Virus record (IMG/VR): IMGVR_UViG_3300043449_000692
Coordinates: 1 to 64,000 of that record
From: a virus
Length of the DNA stretch: 64,000 nt
Reading direction: 5' to 3' (one strand)
Each line of letters begins with the position of its first letter. Position 1 is the first letter of the stretch. Positions 18,622 through 28,593 of the stretch are shown here, one piece after another. The position numbers and the translations under genes are program-made. Below the pieces are notes generated by a model. That model did not search any database, was not told the origin of the DNA, and worked only from the letters and a program-made list of their open reading frames with translations.

Positions 18622-19157
18622 AACCATTCAAAGACCTACGCGACCACGCATTCTGCTCCCTGCAAAGAATAATCTTTGAGGAGTTCGATGCCGAACTCAC
18701 CGAAGAGAAGATCGTGCTTGATATGCCCAACTTCTCCCATGAGGATGTCGTGGACTATTTGGAACAGGAAGGCATCGAATGGGAAGAGAAGGACGGCGTG
18801 ATCTACATTCTTGATCCTGTGGAGGAAGCAGAGATCACCGTTGAAGTGGAAGAGAATGAAGAAATTGATGAAGAGTTTGAAGTAGAGAGTCAGATGTTGA
18901 ACGAGGTCGCTGCGAAGCGTAAGATAGTGGTACGCAAAGGCAAGAAGCGAATCATCTTCAAGTGCGCTCCAGGCTTCAAGAAGAAGGGTGCAAGAGTGTG
19001 CGTGAAGCGTCCCGCTTCTCAACTACGCAAGATGAAACTCACGGCAAAGCGCACCGCACGAAAGACCCGTGGTAAGCGGGCGCAAGCCAAGCGCAAGCGT
19101 AAACTGTCCCTGCGAAAGAGACTCACATTCGGATTGCGACCAAGAAAGAAGAAGTAA
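18618..19157 (+). CDS. Prohead core protein (gp68-like)
   Basis: Acidic N-half and extremely basic C-half (ARKTRGKRAQAKRKRKLSLRKR). Confidence 0.6.
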   Translation: MKPFKDLRDHAFCSLQRIIFEEFDAELTEEKIVLDMPNFSHEDVVDYLEQEGIEWEEKDGVIYILDPVEEAEITVEVEENEEIDEEFEVESQMLNEVAAKRKIVVRKGKKRIIFKCAPGFKKKGARVCVKRPASQLRKMKLTAKRTARKTRGKRAQAKRKRKLSLRKRLTFGLRPRKKK

Positions 19158-19160
19158 AAC

Positions 19161-20003
19161 ATGATTGAGCATGATACAACCGACAGTGGTGGGTCGGTTC
19201 GCGTGAACTGCACAGAGGGCTTTTGTTCGCTCACCTACCAACTGTCTAATCAAATCCGTCCCCTGTCCATGCAGTGCAGCATCGGCAAAGGGTCATCACC
19301 TGATCTAGTATCTGCTGTGGTGGGTTCGCTGTTGGAAAAGCACGAACCCTCGGTGTTGCTGATGAAGTCAAAGGACACAGCCGTTCGTTTTCGTCCAAAG
19401 ATGGGCGACCTGTTTCGATGTTGGACACAGAATGAACAGACAGTATACGCAAAAGCATTCGGCTCACGCAAACTGCTTGAGCGAGTATGCAGTCTTTCAT
19501 ATGCGATGCAGAATGTGGACTTTGTGCGAGTGGAAGGCGAGGAGATACGGCTGTTCGGTTACTACGATGTGGTGAAGCGCATACGCGAAAACACCACGCC
19601 GTTCGAGTTCCTGTCCATCAAAGAAGAGTGCGACTATTCCATGCGAAACTGCTCGGTGGGTTGTCTGCGTACACTTGTGGAATCCGCAACAGCACAAATC
19701 GACAGTCTACCAGAGCGGGATCGTGAGGCGTTTTCTCAAGTGGCAGAAGACTTGATGCGGCAGCAGCAGTGCGAATCGTTTCGATTCGACACGAAATATT
19801 CGTACATACAAGAGGCTGTGGTGGGAATCGTCCTGCCAGCACTGGTGAAATATGGAGCCTCGCATCCGTTCACGGCGGCTGTGTTCACAGAGTTTTCAAA
19901 ACAGGCTTCGGTTTATACCGAAGCATCAGAACAGTTCCTGACTGATTGCTCTGAAATACTAAATGGGAAATTGGAACAGTCCGATGAGGACGATACATAC
20001 TAG
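19161..20003 (+). CDS. Hypothetical protein
   Basis: 280-aa ORF within the operon. Confidence 0.65.
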   Translation: MIEHDTTDSGGSVRVNCTEGFCSLTYQLSNQIRPLSMQCSIGKGSSPDLVSAVVGSLLEKHEPSVLLMKSKDTAVRFRPKMGDLFRCWTQNEQTVYAKAFGSRKLLERVCSLSYAMQNVDFVRVEGEEIRLFGYYDVVKRIRENTTPFEFLSIKEECDYSMRNCSVGCLRTLVESATAQIDSLPERDREAFSQVAEDLMRQQQCESFRFDTKYSYIQEAVVGIVLPALVKYGASHPFTAAVFTEFSKQASVYTEASEQFLTDCSEILNGKLEQSDEDDTY

Positions 20004-20014
20004 AGGAGAACACT

Positions 20015-20194
20015 ATGACAAACATGAGACAGTATCTTGCTTGGATCAAGCAGAACCAACAGAACAACCCCGAGTGGCAAGCCGCCAACCGTTGGCAGAA
20101 TCGCAATCAGACTCCCACGAACACACCGAAGCCCGAAGAGTCCAATGGACTTCCCGAAGGCGCGCAGGAAGTGGAAGAAAAGCCAGAAGAGTGA
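20015..20194 (+). CDS. Small Q/N-rich protein (59 aa)
   Basis: GAGGAG SD, late motif at 19993; MTNMRQYLAWIKQNQQNNPEW...; missed by ORF track. Confidence 0.6.
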   Translation: MTNMRQYLAWIKQNQQNNPEWQAANRWQNRNQTPTNTPKPEESNGLPEGAQEVEEKPEE

Positions 20195-20195
20195 A

Positions 20196-20864
20196 ATGAA
20201 AACATTTGATCATGCGTTCGTGAGCCTGAACGACCAAATTGAAAGCGTTGAAACCCCAAACGGCAGGAGATACCGAACTCCTGACGGCATTCTTCCGTCC
20301 GTGACTACGGTTACAGGATGGAAGAAGCGTGCATTTTTTGCAAAGTGGCGGCGTGAAAATCCTGAAGAATCCAAGCGAGTACTGTCCCGTGGCACCAAAC
20401 TACACGCACTTATTGAAACCTATCTCCGCAACAGTCTTACGCCAACTACGCTCGCTGAAGCGGAGGGAACAAGTGAGGCGGATCTGTTTGCATCCATGCG
20501 GGAAGATATTGACCGCATCGGCAAGATATACGCCATCGAAGTACCGCTATGGTCTAAAAAAGTGGGACTCGCTGGTAGGACGGACTGCATCGGGGAGTTT
20601 GATGGTGTACCGTCAGTCATCGACTTCAAGTCTTCCAATTATCCGAAGTCCGAGGATGCCATTCAGGACTATTTCATGCAAGCCACCGCGTATTCTCTCA
20701 TGTGGCAGGATCGCACGGGTCAAGAACTGCGAAATATTGCCATTCTGATCGGTGTGGAAGACGGTGGTTCACAGGTGTTCACAGCCGATCCCCGCGAGTA
20801 CATTGCTGATTTGGTGGACGCAATTCGCACATACCGCGAGGAACAGGCAGTCCAAATTTCCTAA
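20196..20864 (+). CDS. PD-(D/E)xK exonuclease (Cas4/lambda-exo-like)
   Basis: PSVTTV, RGTKLH, E..L, AGRTDC, VIDFKSS, YFMQATAY. Confidence 0.88.
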   Translation: MKTFDHAFVSLNDQIESVETPNGRRYRTPDGILPSVTTVTGWKKRAFFAKWRRENPEESKRVLSRGTKLHALIETYLRNSLTPTTLAEAEGTSEADLFASMREDIDRIGKIYAIEVPLWSKKVGLAGRTDCIGEFDGVPSVIDFKSSNYPKSEDAIQDYFMQATAYSLMWQDRTGQELRNIAILIGVEDGGSQVFTADPREYIADLVDAIRTYREEQAVQIS

Positions 20865-20885
20865 ATACGGAAGCGGAGGACTGCA

Positions 20886-22094
20886 TTGATCAGATTCACG
20901 GAACATCTCACGGAAGCCTTCAAATCAAAAAGTGGCAAGAATGTCCATTTGGAGCATCTTGAAGACGAAATACTGAATGGTGGCTACGCAGGATTCAGCC
21001 GTGCGGTTTCTGCTATCCGTGGAGTGCTTGATGTATTCGGAGCAAACGAGCCAAGCACATACGACATCACCGTGAAGTGGGACGGCGCACCCGCCATCAT
21101 CTGCGGAATCGACCCAGGCAGCGGTCGATTTTTTGTTGGCACGAAGAGTGTGTTCAATGTGACACCTAAACTGAACTTCACGAACGCCGACATTGATGCG
21201 AACCACCCCGCAGATGGACTGAATGCTAAACTCAAACTTGCACTAAAGCATTTCTCCAAACTAGGAATTCGTGGAGTGCTGCAAGGCGATCTGCTGTTCG
21301 ACAGCGAAACAGTGCAGCGTGAAACGATTGACGGCAATCGGTATCTGACATTCCGCGCAAACACAATCACATACGCGGTTGATCCAAAGAGCGAACTCGG
21401 CAAGCGGATTGCCGCTGCAAAGATCGGAATTGTGTTCCACACAGCATACGAGGGCGACTCGTTGCAGACGATGACTGCAAGATTCAATCCCGACATTTCG
21501 TATCTAAAGAAGACCCGCGATGTGTGGTTCGACAACGCAACTCTGCGTGTGGCAGATGGCAGCGGATTGTTCTCTGCGCGTGATCGTCAAGCGGTAGAGC
21601 GCAGCATCGACACCCTGACACAGCAAGCCGCTGCACTGAAGACCACGATGAACGGTATTGCCAAGAACGAAGGCGTGAAGATCGCCATCAAGACCTACAT
21701 CAACGGACTTGTTCGTGCAAACATGGGCAGCGGTCACGCAGATGTGAATCAGTTGCTGGCAATGATGGCACAGAAAGCACAGACTGCGCGAAAGAAGCCA
21801 AGCACAAAGACCACTCCAAGCATGGATTGGATCAAGCGGAATCGCAACCAGATCAATCAGATTTTCGCCCTACATAATTCGTTGACCGTGCTGAAGATGA
21901 GCATCGTCAGCAAACTGTCTTCACTCAAGAGTGGGATGGGAACATTTGTAAAGGACGGCAAGGGATACCGTGTTACCGCTCCCGAAGGCTATGTGGCAAT
22001 CGACCGCATGAGCAACGCAGCCGTCAAACTAGTAGACCGCCTTGATTTCTCGCGCAGTAACTTCACTGTAGAGAAGACTTGGAAAAAAGAGTAA
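20886..22094 (+). CDS. Conserved T4-like protein with ligase/capping-type nucleotidyltransferase motifs
   Basis: TVKWDG (motif I), QGDLLF, PEGYV (IV), VKLVDR (V); N-terminus MIRFTEHLTE. Confidence 0.7.
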   Translation: MIRFTEHLTEAFKSKSGKNVHLEHLEDEILNGGYAGFSRAVSAIRGVLDVFGANEPSTYDITVKWDGAPAIICGIDPGSGRFFVGTKSVFNVTPKLNFTNADIDANHPADGLNAKLKLALKHFSKLGIRGVLQGDLLFDSETVQRETIDGNRYLTFRANTITYAVDPKSELGKRIAAAKIGIVFHTAYEGDSLQTMTARFNPDISYLKKTRDVWFDNATLRVADGSGLFSARDRQAVERSIDTLTQQAAALKTTMNGIAKNEGVKIAIKTYINGLVRANMGSGHADVNQLLAMMAQKAQTARKKPSTKTTPSMDWIKRNRNQINQIFALHNSLTVLKMSIVSKLSSLKSGMGTFVKDGKGYRVTAPEGYVAIDRMSNAAVKLVDRLDFSRSNFTVEKTWKKE

Positions 22095-22136
22095 CGAGCA
22101 GTTGGTGTCTGAAGTGCAATATCGGAGGTGATCCCC

Positions 22137-23207
22137 GTGGCAAAACAGGTTAGAGGTAAATCTCAGTCTGCGCGACCAGGCAAAACCATCGTGGTTGCAT
22201 TCGGTCGCTTTCAGCCACCTACTTCTGGACACCAACTGCTCGTTGACACAGTGGTGGAGACTGCCAAGAAGCACGGCGCAGAACACGCCATGTTCAGTAG
22301 TCGCACCAATGATCCCAAAAAGAATCCGCTCTCTCCAAAACAGAAGTTCGGATATCTGAAAAAGTTCTTTCCCGAAGGCAACTTCATCGACAACGCAAAG
22401 ATCAAGAATCCCGTGGATATGCTGTTCTGGCTTGCGGACAAGGGATACGATCATGTGCTGTTGGTTGGTGGTCAAGACCGTGAGGGAGCATACGAGGCGT
22501 TCAAGGACATGATGAAGCCCACGGCTACCGAGCCGCTGAAACTGAAGTCGCTGAACATCGTGAGCGCAGGCAAGCGCAACGAGGACGCAAAGGGTGTGCA
22601 GGGCATGAGCGCGTCCAAACTCCGCGCAGCCGTGGCAGCAAACGACATGGCGACATTCAAGAGCGGTATGCCTCGCCGTGCAAACCAACGGGATGTGGTT
22701 GCCCTGTTCAAGGACTTGCAACGAGGCATGGCGGCTGCTCCTGCAAAGCGCAAGAAGACGATGAAGGAAGGCTTTGACTTCCAAGACCTGTACTCGGCTG
22801 CGGCTATACGCCTCATGGAGAGCGACAAGTACAAGCGGCGACCTCCAACGCCTGGTCAGACGGGTGGGTTCTCCAAGCACAACAAAATATTCCCCACACC
22901 GCCTTGTAAAATAGACGAGGACTTGTCGCGGTGGTTCAAGGAGAAATGGGTGAACATTGGTGGGCGGAAAGACCCCAAAACTGGACAGTATCCCCCGTGT
23001 GGTCGCTCTGACACCTCCAAGGGCAAGTACCCAAAGTGCCGTCCCCTCCACAAAGTCAGCAGCGAAACCCCCGAAACGGTGGGTGAGATGACTCCAAAAG
23101 AGAGGAAACGCGCCGTGATTCAAAAAAGGCGGGTGGAACCTGAAACAGATCGCAGCGGAAAAGGCAACGCCCCCCGTATGACGAGCCATCTGAAAAAATC
23201 TAAATAA
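22137..23207 (+). CDS. Cytidylyltransferase-like (HxGH family) protein with C-terminal extension
   Basis: FGRFQPPTSGH, GQDR, MSASKLR; C-terminal DLSRWFKEKWV...CGR...KYPKCRP module. Confidence 0.85.
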   Translation: MAKQVRGKSQSARPGKTIVVAFGRFQPPTSGHQLLVDTVVETAKKHGAEHAMFSSRTNDPKKNPLSPKQKFGYLKKFFPEGNFIDNAKIKNPVDMLFWLADKGYDHVLLVGGQDREGAYEAFKDMMKPTATEPLKLKSLNIVSAGKRNEDAKGVQGMSASKLRAAVAANDMATFKSGMPRRANQRDVVALFKDLQRGMAAAPAKRKKTMKEGFDFQDLYSAAAIRLMESDKYKRRPPTPGQTGGFSKHNKIFPTPPCKIDEDLSRWFKEKWVNIGGRKDPKTGQYPPCGRSDTSKGKYPKCRPLHKVSSETPETVGEMTPKERKRAVIQKRRVEPETDRSGKGNAPRMTSHLKKSK

Positions 23208-23227
23208 AGGGACAACAGGAGACTACT

Positions 23228-24103
23228 ATGGAACCAATGGGCAAAACCCCTGCCATCGCATCTAAACTGAATACCCTGCTCCGCATGGGGTTGGTGTCGA
23301 AGAACAATGTTCGCCGCGCCATGACCCTGTTTGCCGATCCTGATCGTGCAATGAAGAACCCTGCGTACCGTCTGCTTATGCAGGAAATCCTCATGGATGT
23401 TGTAGACCGTGTACTGAACAACAAGACCTTGTACACCGCCATTCGTTCGTCCCTTGCAAAGGAACCCACCACAGTCATCGAAAGCGTTGCTGGTGAGCGC
23501 ACGAAGACTCTCCTCCGCAGCGGACTAGTGAAGAAGAAGGATGTACTCGCTGCTCGCCGCGCATTGGAGTCTCCCGCCAAAGCCAAGAGCATGGGCGCGT
23601 CCAAGGTATACCGAGACATGATGATTACCATGCTCGACTCAATGGTGAGCAAGATCACGGGTTCGCCTGTGCTGTTCAATGCGTTCAAGGCTACGCTCGG
23701 CAAGGAAACCGTTGAAGAGTCGTTTGATGTTCCCACGCAGGAAGGCATGGATCTGTTCTGGTTCTGCGAGGACGCGCAAGCACTCATGGAGAAGAACAAG
23801 CCCACGAAGCCTGAACTGTGGTCACGCGCCAAAGCCAAGGCTCGCGCCAAGTTTGATGTGTATCCGTCTGCCTACGCCAACGGTTGGGCAGTGAAGTGGT
23901 ACAATGAGCAGGGTGGCGGATGGAAGAGTGTCAGCGAAGGCAAGACCTTTTCTGTTTTCTCCAAGGAGATTGCCGAAGGCTCCACACAGATGAACAAGAA
24001 CACCATTCAACAGAATGCAGAAATGCGTAAGAGGGCGAGAGAACTGCGCTACAAACTAGAGAGTGAGCAGGGACAAAAGAAAGATAAAAAGGAAACCACA
24101 TGA
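23228..24103 (+). CDS. Hypothetical internal head-like protein
   Basis: Duplicated TLLRxGLV domain and KFDVYPSAYANGW...GGGW module. Confidence 0.7.
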   Translation: MEPMGKTPAIASKLNTLLRMGLVSKNNVRRAMTLFADPDRAMKNPAYRLLMQEILMDVVDRVLNNKTLYTAIRSSLAKEPTTVIESVAGERTKTLLRSGLVKKKDVLAARRALESPAKAKSMGASKVYRDMMITMLDSMVSKITGSPVLFNAFKATLGKETVEESFDVPTQEGMDLFWFCEDAQALMEKNKPTKPELWSRAKAKARAKFDVYPSAYANGWAVKWYNEQGGGWKSVSEGKTFSVFSKEIAEGSTQMNKNTIQQNAEMRKRARELRYKLESEQGQKKDKKETT

Positions 24104-25995
24104 GCGAACACAAGAGATTCAAGGCATTCCGCAGCGAACTGAACGAGAGCGAGTACAAGGAAACCCTCACGGGCTATCCCAATCGCGGCATTGACACCGA
24201 TGTTGGTGCAGTAAAGCAGGATGCGGACACCATTCAGAAGATCAACGGTGTTCTCGCTGCTCTTGGTCGCTACACCTATCAGCACACTGCTGAAGCCATG
24301 ATCAAGATCCGCACACGCCTCAATCTCTTTATGATCGACTTCCCGTGGACTCCGTGGATGTGGCAGAGCAATCCCACTGGCACATTCACGCTGAACGCCA
24401 CCCTGTACGGTCGCGTAGACGGCGTTGATGGCATGGGCGGAAACATCCGCTTTGACGGCAAGGCTAATCCCAATGCTGGCATGAAGGAGTTTGCGCTTGT
24501 GGTGACCGTGGAGCCTGCCGAAGACGGCTTCTACCGCGTGAACGCCAAACTACAGCCACAGATTGCAGTCATGCCAGAGGGCGTGGAGCATGAAGGCGAC
24601 AGCCTTGACGAAGGAAAGGGTCAGGAAGCCCTTGCACAGCAAGTGGTGAAGCAGGGCAAGAAACTGAAGAAACTGAAGAGCGCGATGAAGGAGGAAGCCG
24701 AACTGGACGAGATGGCACAGACTCCTGCTCGTCAGCGCGACATGGAACACGCGATTCAGCGTGCCGAAGCCAAGGCTCAACGCGGCTACGAAGCCAAGAT
24801 GACCAAGACGGGCAAGGCTGGTGAGCGTGGACGCAAGCAGGAAGCCAAGCACGATGCTGCTTCTCGCCGCCTGATTGCGCGTGACACAAAGGAATACGAT
24901 TCGCCCAAACTGTACGGTCGCGGCGGCAAGGTAGTGAAGGGCAAGCGAAAGCCTGTGAAGGAAGAAGCCGAGCAGATTGACGAATTGAGCAAGAAGACGA
25001 AAGACGCATATGTTGCCAAGCGTGGTTCGCAACTGTCGTCCATGTTGAGCGGACACACCCGTGGCAAGCAACTCACGGGCAAGCAGCAAGCCAATGCCGT
25101 CAAGGGCATCAAGACGGCTATGGGCGGGAACAAAGATAAATCCAAACTCCCCAAACTACTGCCAAGACTGGCTACATTTACATTTGGAGAAGAACTCGTT
25201 GGCGGTCAGAAGCGACTTGATGTCAACAAGAACAAGCGACTTGACGCACAGGACTTCAAGATGCTTCGCTCCAAAAAGAAGCCAGTAGAAGAAGCACTCA
25301 TCGGCGGACAGAAGCGGTTGGATGTGAACAAGAACAAGCGTCTTGACTCACAGGACTTCAAACTGCTCCGTGCGAAGAAGAAGCCAATGCAGGAGCAGGA
25401 GCAGAAGAAGCCGTGGTGGATGACCTCTACCGCAGCAGAACTAGCCGCCGCTGCTCAATCTGCTTCGGACGCTCGTAAGGGTGAAGAAGCGGAGAAGCGC
25501 AAGCGTCATACACAGCAGAACCGCCGCATGAAGTGGACGCTTGCGGACAAAGCGCAGGGAAAGAAGACGGTTAAGGAAGAGACTGTAGAGGAAGCCAAGA
25601 TGAAGCAGTGGACTCCTCGTTTGGACAGACTCTTGAGCAGCAGTCGTGACGCTGTTCGCAGCAAGCCCAAGAAGAAGATCCCTGTGACCAAAATCAAGGA
25701 CGGCAAGAAGGTGTCCACCAAACTCATTTCAGCGTACACGCCAAAGAAGGCTGTGAATGAGTACGCCGAGACTATGGGCGGCATCCCGCTCGCTGTCCCC
25801 GATCCCACCGCTGCGATGGCTGACAAGAGCGGCAAGGGCAAGCGGTTTCACAAGAAGGCTCTCATTTCCGTGAAGGAAGCCGTTGCAAAGGGCAAGAAGA
25901 GCAAGAAGCCAAGCCCACACCAAGGCGCGGCTAATGTGATCGGCAAGCAGAAGGCGATCAAGTCAACCCTGCAAAAGCACGATATGCGTTGGTGA
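24100..25995 (+). CDS. Basic modular internal head-like protein
   Basis: N-terminal RFKAFRSELNE; many E-delimited modules. Confidence 0.7.
   Translation: MSEHKRFKAFRSELNESEYKETLTGYPNRGIDTDVGAVKQDADTIQKINGVLAALGRYTYQHTAEAMIKIRTRLNLFMIDFPWTPWMWQSNPTGTFTLNATLYGRVDGVDGMGGNIRFDGKANPNAGMKEFALVVTVEPAEDGFYRVNAKLQPQIAVMPEGVEHEGDSLDEGKGQEALAQQVVKQGKKLKKLKSAMKEEAELDEMAQTPARQRDMEHAIQRAEAKAQRGYEAKMTKTGKAGERGRKQEAKHDAASRRLIARDTKEYDSPKLYGRGGKVVKGKRKPVKEEAEQIDELSKKTKDAYVAKRGSQLSSMLSGHTRGKQLTGKQQANAVKGIKTAMGGNKDKSKLPKLLPRLATFTFGEELVGGQKRLDVNKNKRLDAQDFKMLRSKKKPVEEALIGGQKRLDVNKNKRLDSQDFKLLRAKKKPMQEQEQKKPWWMTSTAAELAAAAQSASDARKGEEAEKRKRHTQQNRRMKWTLADKAQGKKTVKEETVEEAKMKQWTPRLDRLLSSSRDAVRSKPKKKIPVTKIKDGKKVSTKLISAYTPKKAVNEYAETMGGIPLAVPDPTAAMADKSGKGKRFHKKALISVKEAVAKGKKSKKPSPHQGAANVIGKQKAIKSTLQKHDMRW
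25189..25386 (+). repeat. Tandem duplicated coding repeat (EF-hand-like)
   Basis: GGQKRLDVNKNKRLD(A/S)QDFK x2. Confidence 0.8.
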
Positions 25996-26013
25996 TCCCA
26001 ATGCTTTTTTATC

Positions 26014-26400
26014 ATGGACTTCAAAGTATTGAACCGCGATAATTTCATGTTGTATTGCATGGGGAACTACACGAACCCCGATTGCTTGGGCATGAGCGAA
26101 TTCACAGAAGACTTGGCTCGGATCAAGTATGTGAAACGGCTCCTCAAGCGGTACAAGCGAACGGGAAACCTGCGAACCATACTCCTCCTGAACCACCTGA
26201 TGGTGCTAGGGAATGTGTTTGGCAGGACTCCTGCTGCGCGTATGCTGTTTCATAAATTGGAATGCGACATACACGCACCACTGAAAACAGTGTTGCTGTA
26301 TTTGGACTACATAGATGAGCGGTCTGTTTTTGATGGCGTTTCCGTGGAAGATATTTCAATTGACGAACGGCTTGCACAAATACTCCGAGGACTCACATGA
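26014..26400 (+). CDS. Conserved T4-like hypothetical protein
   Basis: NF..Y....Y.NP.C....EF.EDL.RIKY.KRL...LLNHL..L.NVFG. Confidence 0.8.
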   Translation: MDFKVLNRDNFMLYCMGNYTNPDCLGMSEFTEDLARIKYVKRLLKRYKRTGNLRTILLLNHLMVLGNVFGRTPAARMLFHKLECDIHAPLKTVLLYLDYIDERSVFDGVSVEDISIDERLAQILRGLT

Positions 26401-26879
26401 GCAGTTCAGCAGCAATACCGATGTTTCAAACCACTCCACGGGCGTGGTGTGTGGTTTCCAATCACGAAACCGCTGCTACACCAACCCGAGCATCTTTTGA
26501 TGAAATGAACTTTGTTGACGGCTACAACCTGTACATCAGTGCAGACTCGCAAACCAGTACGACAGGTACGGCAGGTCAAAATAATAAGACATATCAAGGC
26601 GCAATCAAGTTTTCTTTTGTGACACCCATGCCCAACGACAGGTACAAAGTATTCGTGAACGCATATCGTCAAGCAGGACTGCCGTTCATGTGCCATGCTC
26701 TGAATTCAGCGCAGTATCCAAAGACCCGTGAATCGTTCTGGGTTCGTGTTGGGTATTGGCTGACAGGTAGTGTTGGAGTAAATGAGCCAATAACAGGATC
26801 GGGACGCACGAAGAATCAGATTGGAAACATTCGTCTGTGGAGTAATGGATCAACGGTACTCGGAGTGTATGTGCTATGA
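26397..26879 (+). CDS. Virion/tail-associated protein
   Basis: RAWC...FVTPMPNDRYKV; resembles tail-fibre C-terminal modules. Confidence 0.55.
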   Translation: MSSSAAIPMFQTTPRAWCVVSNHETAATPTRASFDEMNFVDGYNLYISADSQTSTTGTAGQNNKTYQGAIKFSFVTPMPNDRYKVFVNAYRQAGLPFMCHALNSAQYPKTRESFWVRVGYWLTGSVGVNEPITGSGRTKNQIGNIRLWSNGSTVLGVYVL

Positions 26880-28381
26880 GCAGTTCTGTATCAAACTTTG
26901 GCTCGTCTGCCACTCCACTCCCTTCCGCTGACGCATGGGGAAATCTAAAACTAGGAACAAGCACTGTTGCTGCATCCGTAGTAAACGGCAGTGGGATATC
27001 CTCTGTTCAAAGAAACTCAACAGGAATACACGGGATCAGTTTCAGTGATCCAACTCGCTTCGGAAGCGGTGCGTATGTGTTTCTTGTCACGCCAGAATAC
27101 GCCTCCAATTCTGTTGGACCGTTTGTGGTTTCTGGTGTGAAGGAAGGTGGAGTCACTGCGCCAGGATTCAGCGCAGGGTTTGCTCTTTCGTGCTACGGTT
27201 TTCAAACTCCTGCTGTTGCAGGTGGTTTTACCATCAGTGGTCCTTTAGACGCTCCCACGAATACAGTTTGGGCTAATGTGGCAGCGTTCTCTTTCAAGAC
27301 CACCCGCGACCTGTACGATCCGTATGTTGCGAATCTTATACAGTACAGCGAAGACTTGACACAGTGGAGTAATATCATATCAGGAACTGGTGTGAATCCG
27401 ATTGTGGAATCAAATGTTGAACCTAATCCTGTAACAGGGGAAATGAACGCAGACAAGATTACCCTGAACATCGGTGCAACATCGGCAAACACGAGTGATT
27501 ATTCTATTCTGGCTAGAAATGTACAATTTAATTCTGATTTCAGGGGAGTGACTGGACCGAACGGATTATTTACTTGGTCGTTTTGGGCAAAGAGTGCAGG
27601 GTTAGGAACCACACTTTCTATTCGTGGACCTGCTGGTGGTGCTTACACTCATATTACCCTTACATCGAACTGGAAGCGGTATAGCGGGACAGAACAGATT
27701 GCAAATTCAGCAGCAACCAGCATGAGTGGAATGAACTTCACTCTTCGCGGTAATTATGATTCAGGTCTGAATCAATCAAAGGTGTCTGCTTATATTTGGG
27801 GAGTTCAGGTAGAGCCAGGCTCTGTGGCTTCTCCTTATGTGAAGACGGAAGGCACATATCCCGTGTTCGGAAACCAAGACGCAAAGAAAAGATTTGTGCC
27901 TGGTGCATCGGGATACGGACTCACTGGCGCAACATACTCGTCAAGCATCACTGCACTGAACTCGACTCGCACACCAACAGCATACGGAACCATCGTGATT
28001 CCTCCGAAGAAGCATGACGGAACCGATGCAAATGTGGTTGCATACATTCAAGACGGCTACAATGTGAGCGGAGTTTCAGCAGGAGACTACTCGGTGTTTG
28101 ATGTCTCGTTCATCAAACCTCTGAACACTGCTAACTACTGCGTGATACTCAGCAGAGAAATCGAACCACAATACGCGGCAGCAGACTACGCACAGACCTA
28201 TGAGTACGCAATCTGCGCGATTGACCGCTCACAGAAGACTGTGAATGGATTCAGGGCTTTCACCCTGAAGCAAATGGAAACCACAAACAACATTCAGAAG
28301 CGCGGAGTGGCTTACGGATTGGGCTTGACGGAAAGAATCCACTTTATGGTTTTCGGAGGAGGCACATATGGACAATCGTAA
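26876..28381 (+). CDS. Tail/virion protein with carbohydrate-binding-like domain
   Basis: NLIQYSEDL..W...YIWGVQVE.GS.ASPY.KT. Confidence 0.7.
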   Translation: MSSSVSNFGSSATPLPSADAWGNLKLGTSTVAASVVNGSGISSVQRNSTGIHGISFSDPTRFGSGAYVFLVTPEYASNSVGPFVVSGVKEGGVTAPGFSAGFALSCYGFQTPAVAGGFTISGPLDAPTNTVWANVAAFSFKTTRDLYDPYVANLIQYSEDLTQWSNIISGTGVNPIVESNVEPNPVTGEMNADKITLNIGATSANTSDYSILARNVQFNSDFRGVTGPNGLFTWSFWAKSAGLGTTLSIRGPAGGAYTHITLTSNWKRYSGTEQIANSAATSMSGMNFTLRGNYDSGLNQSKVSAYIWGVQVEPGSVASPYVKTEGTYPVFGNQDAKKRFVPGASGYGLTGATYSSSITALNSTRTPTAYGTIVIPPKKHDGTDANVVAYIQDGYNVSGVSAGDYSVFDVSFIKPLNTANYCVILSREIEPQYAAADYAQTYEYAICAIDRSQKTVNGFRAFTLKQMETTNNIQKRGVAYGLGLTERIHFMVFGGGTYGQS

Positions 28382-28556
28382 AATCAAGAAATTCTCTGCA
28401 TTCGTAAGTGAAGAATTTCCACCACCAATTTCTGCTCCCACGAATGTGGCTTCTGGTGAAAATATCGCGGGTTTGCCTCCCGATCTTCCGCCAGTTTCCA
28501 CCGCTGCACAGCGAAAGAAGTCAAAAATTCTAAAGCGGAAACTGCCCAAGACCTAA
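28368..28556 (+). CDS. Small protein with CTS-like N-terminus
   Basis: KKFSAFVSEE then PTN...IAGL...PPV. Confidence 0.65.
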   Translation: MDNRKIKKFSAFVSEEFPPPISAPTNVASGENIAGLPPDLPPVSTAAQRKKSKILKRKLPKT

Positions 28557-28593
28557 ATAAAAGGTAAGCCGCTTATAGAAAGGAAGTGACTAC

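Noticed and set aside
20196-20864. Cas4-like nuclease as a sign of a CRISPR system
   Set aside because: No array or other cas genes; stand-alone exonucleases of this type are usual in T4-like phages
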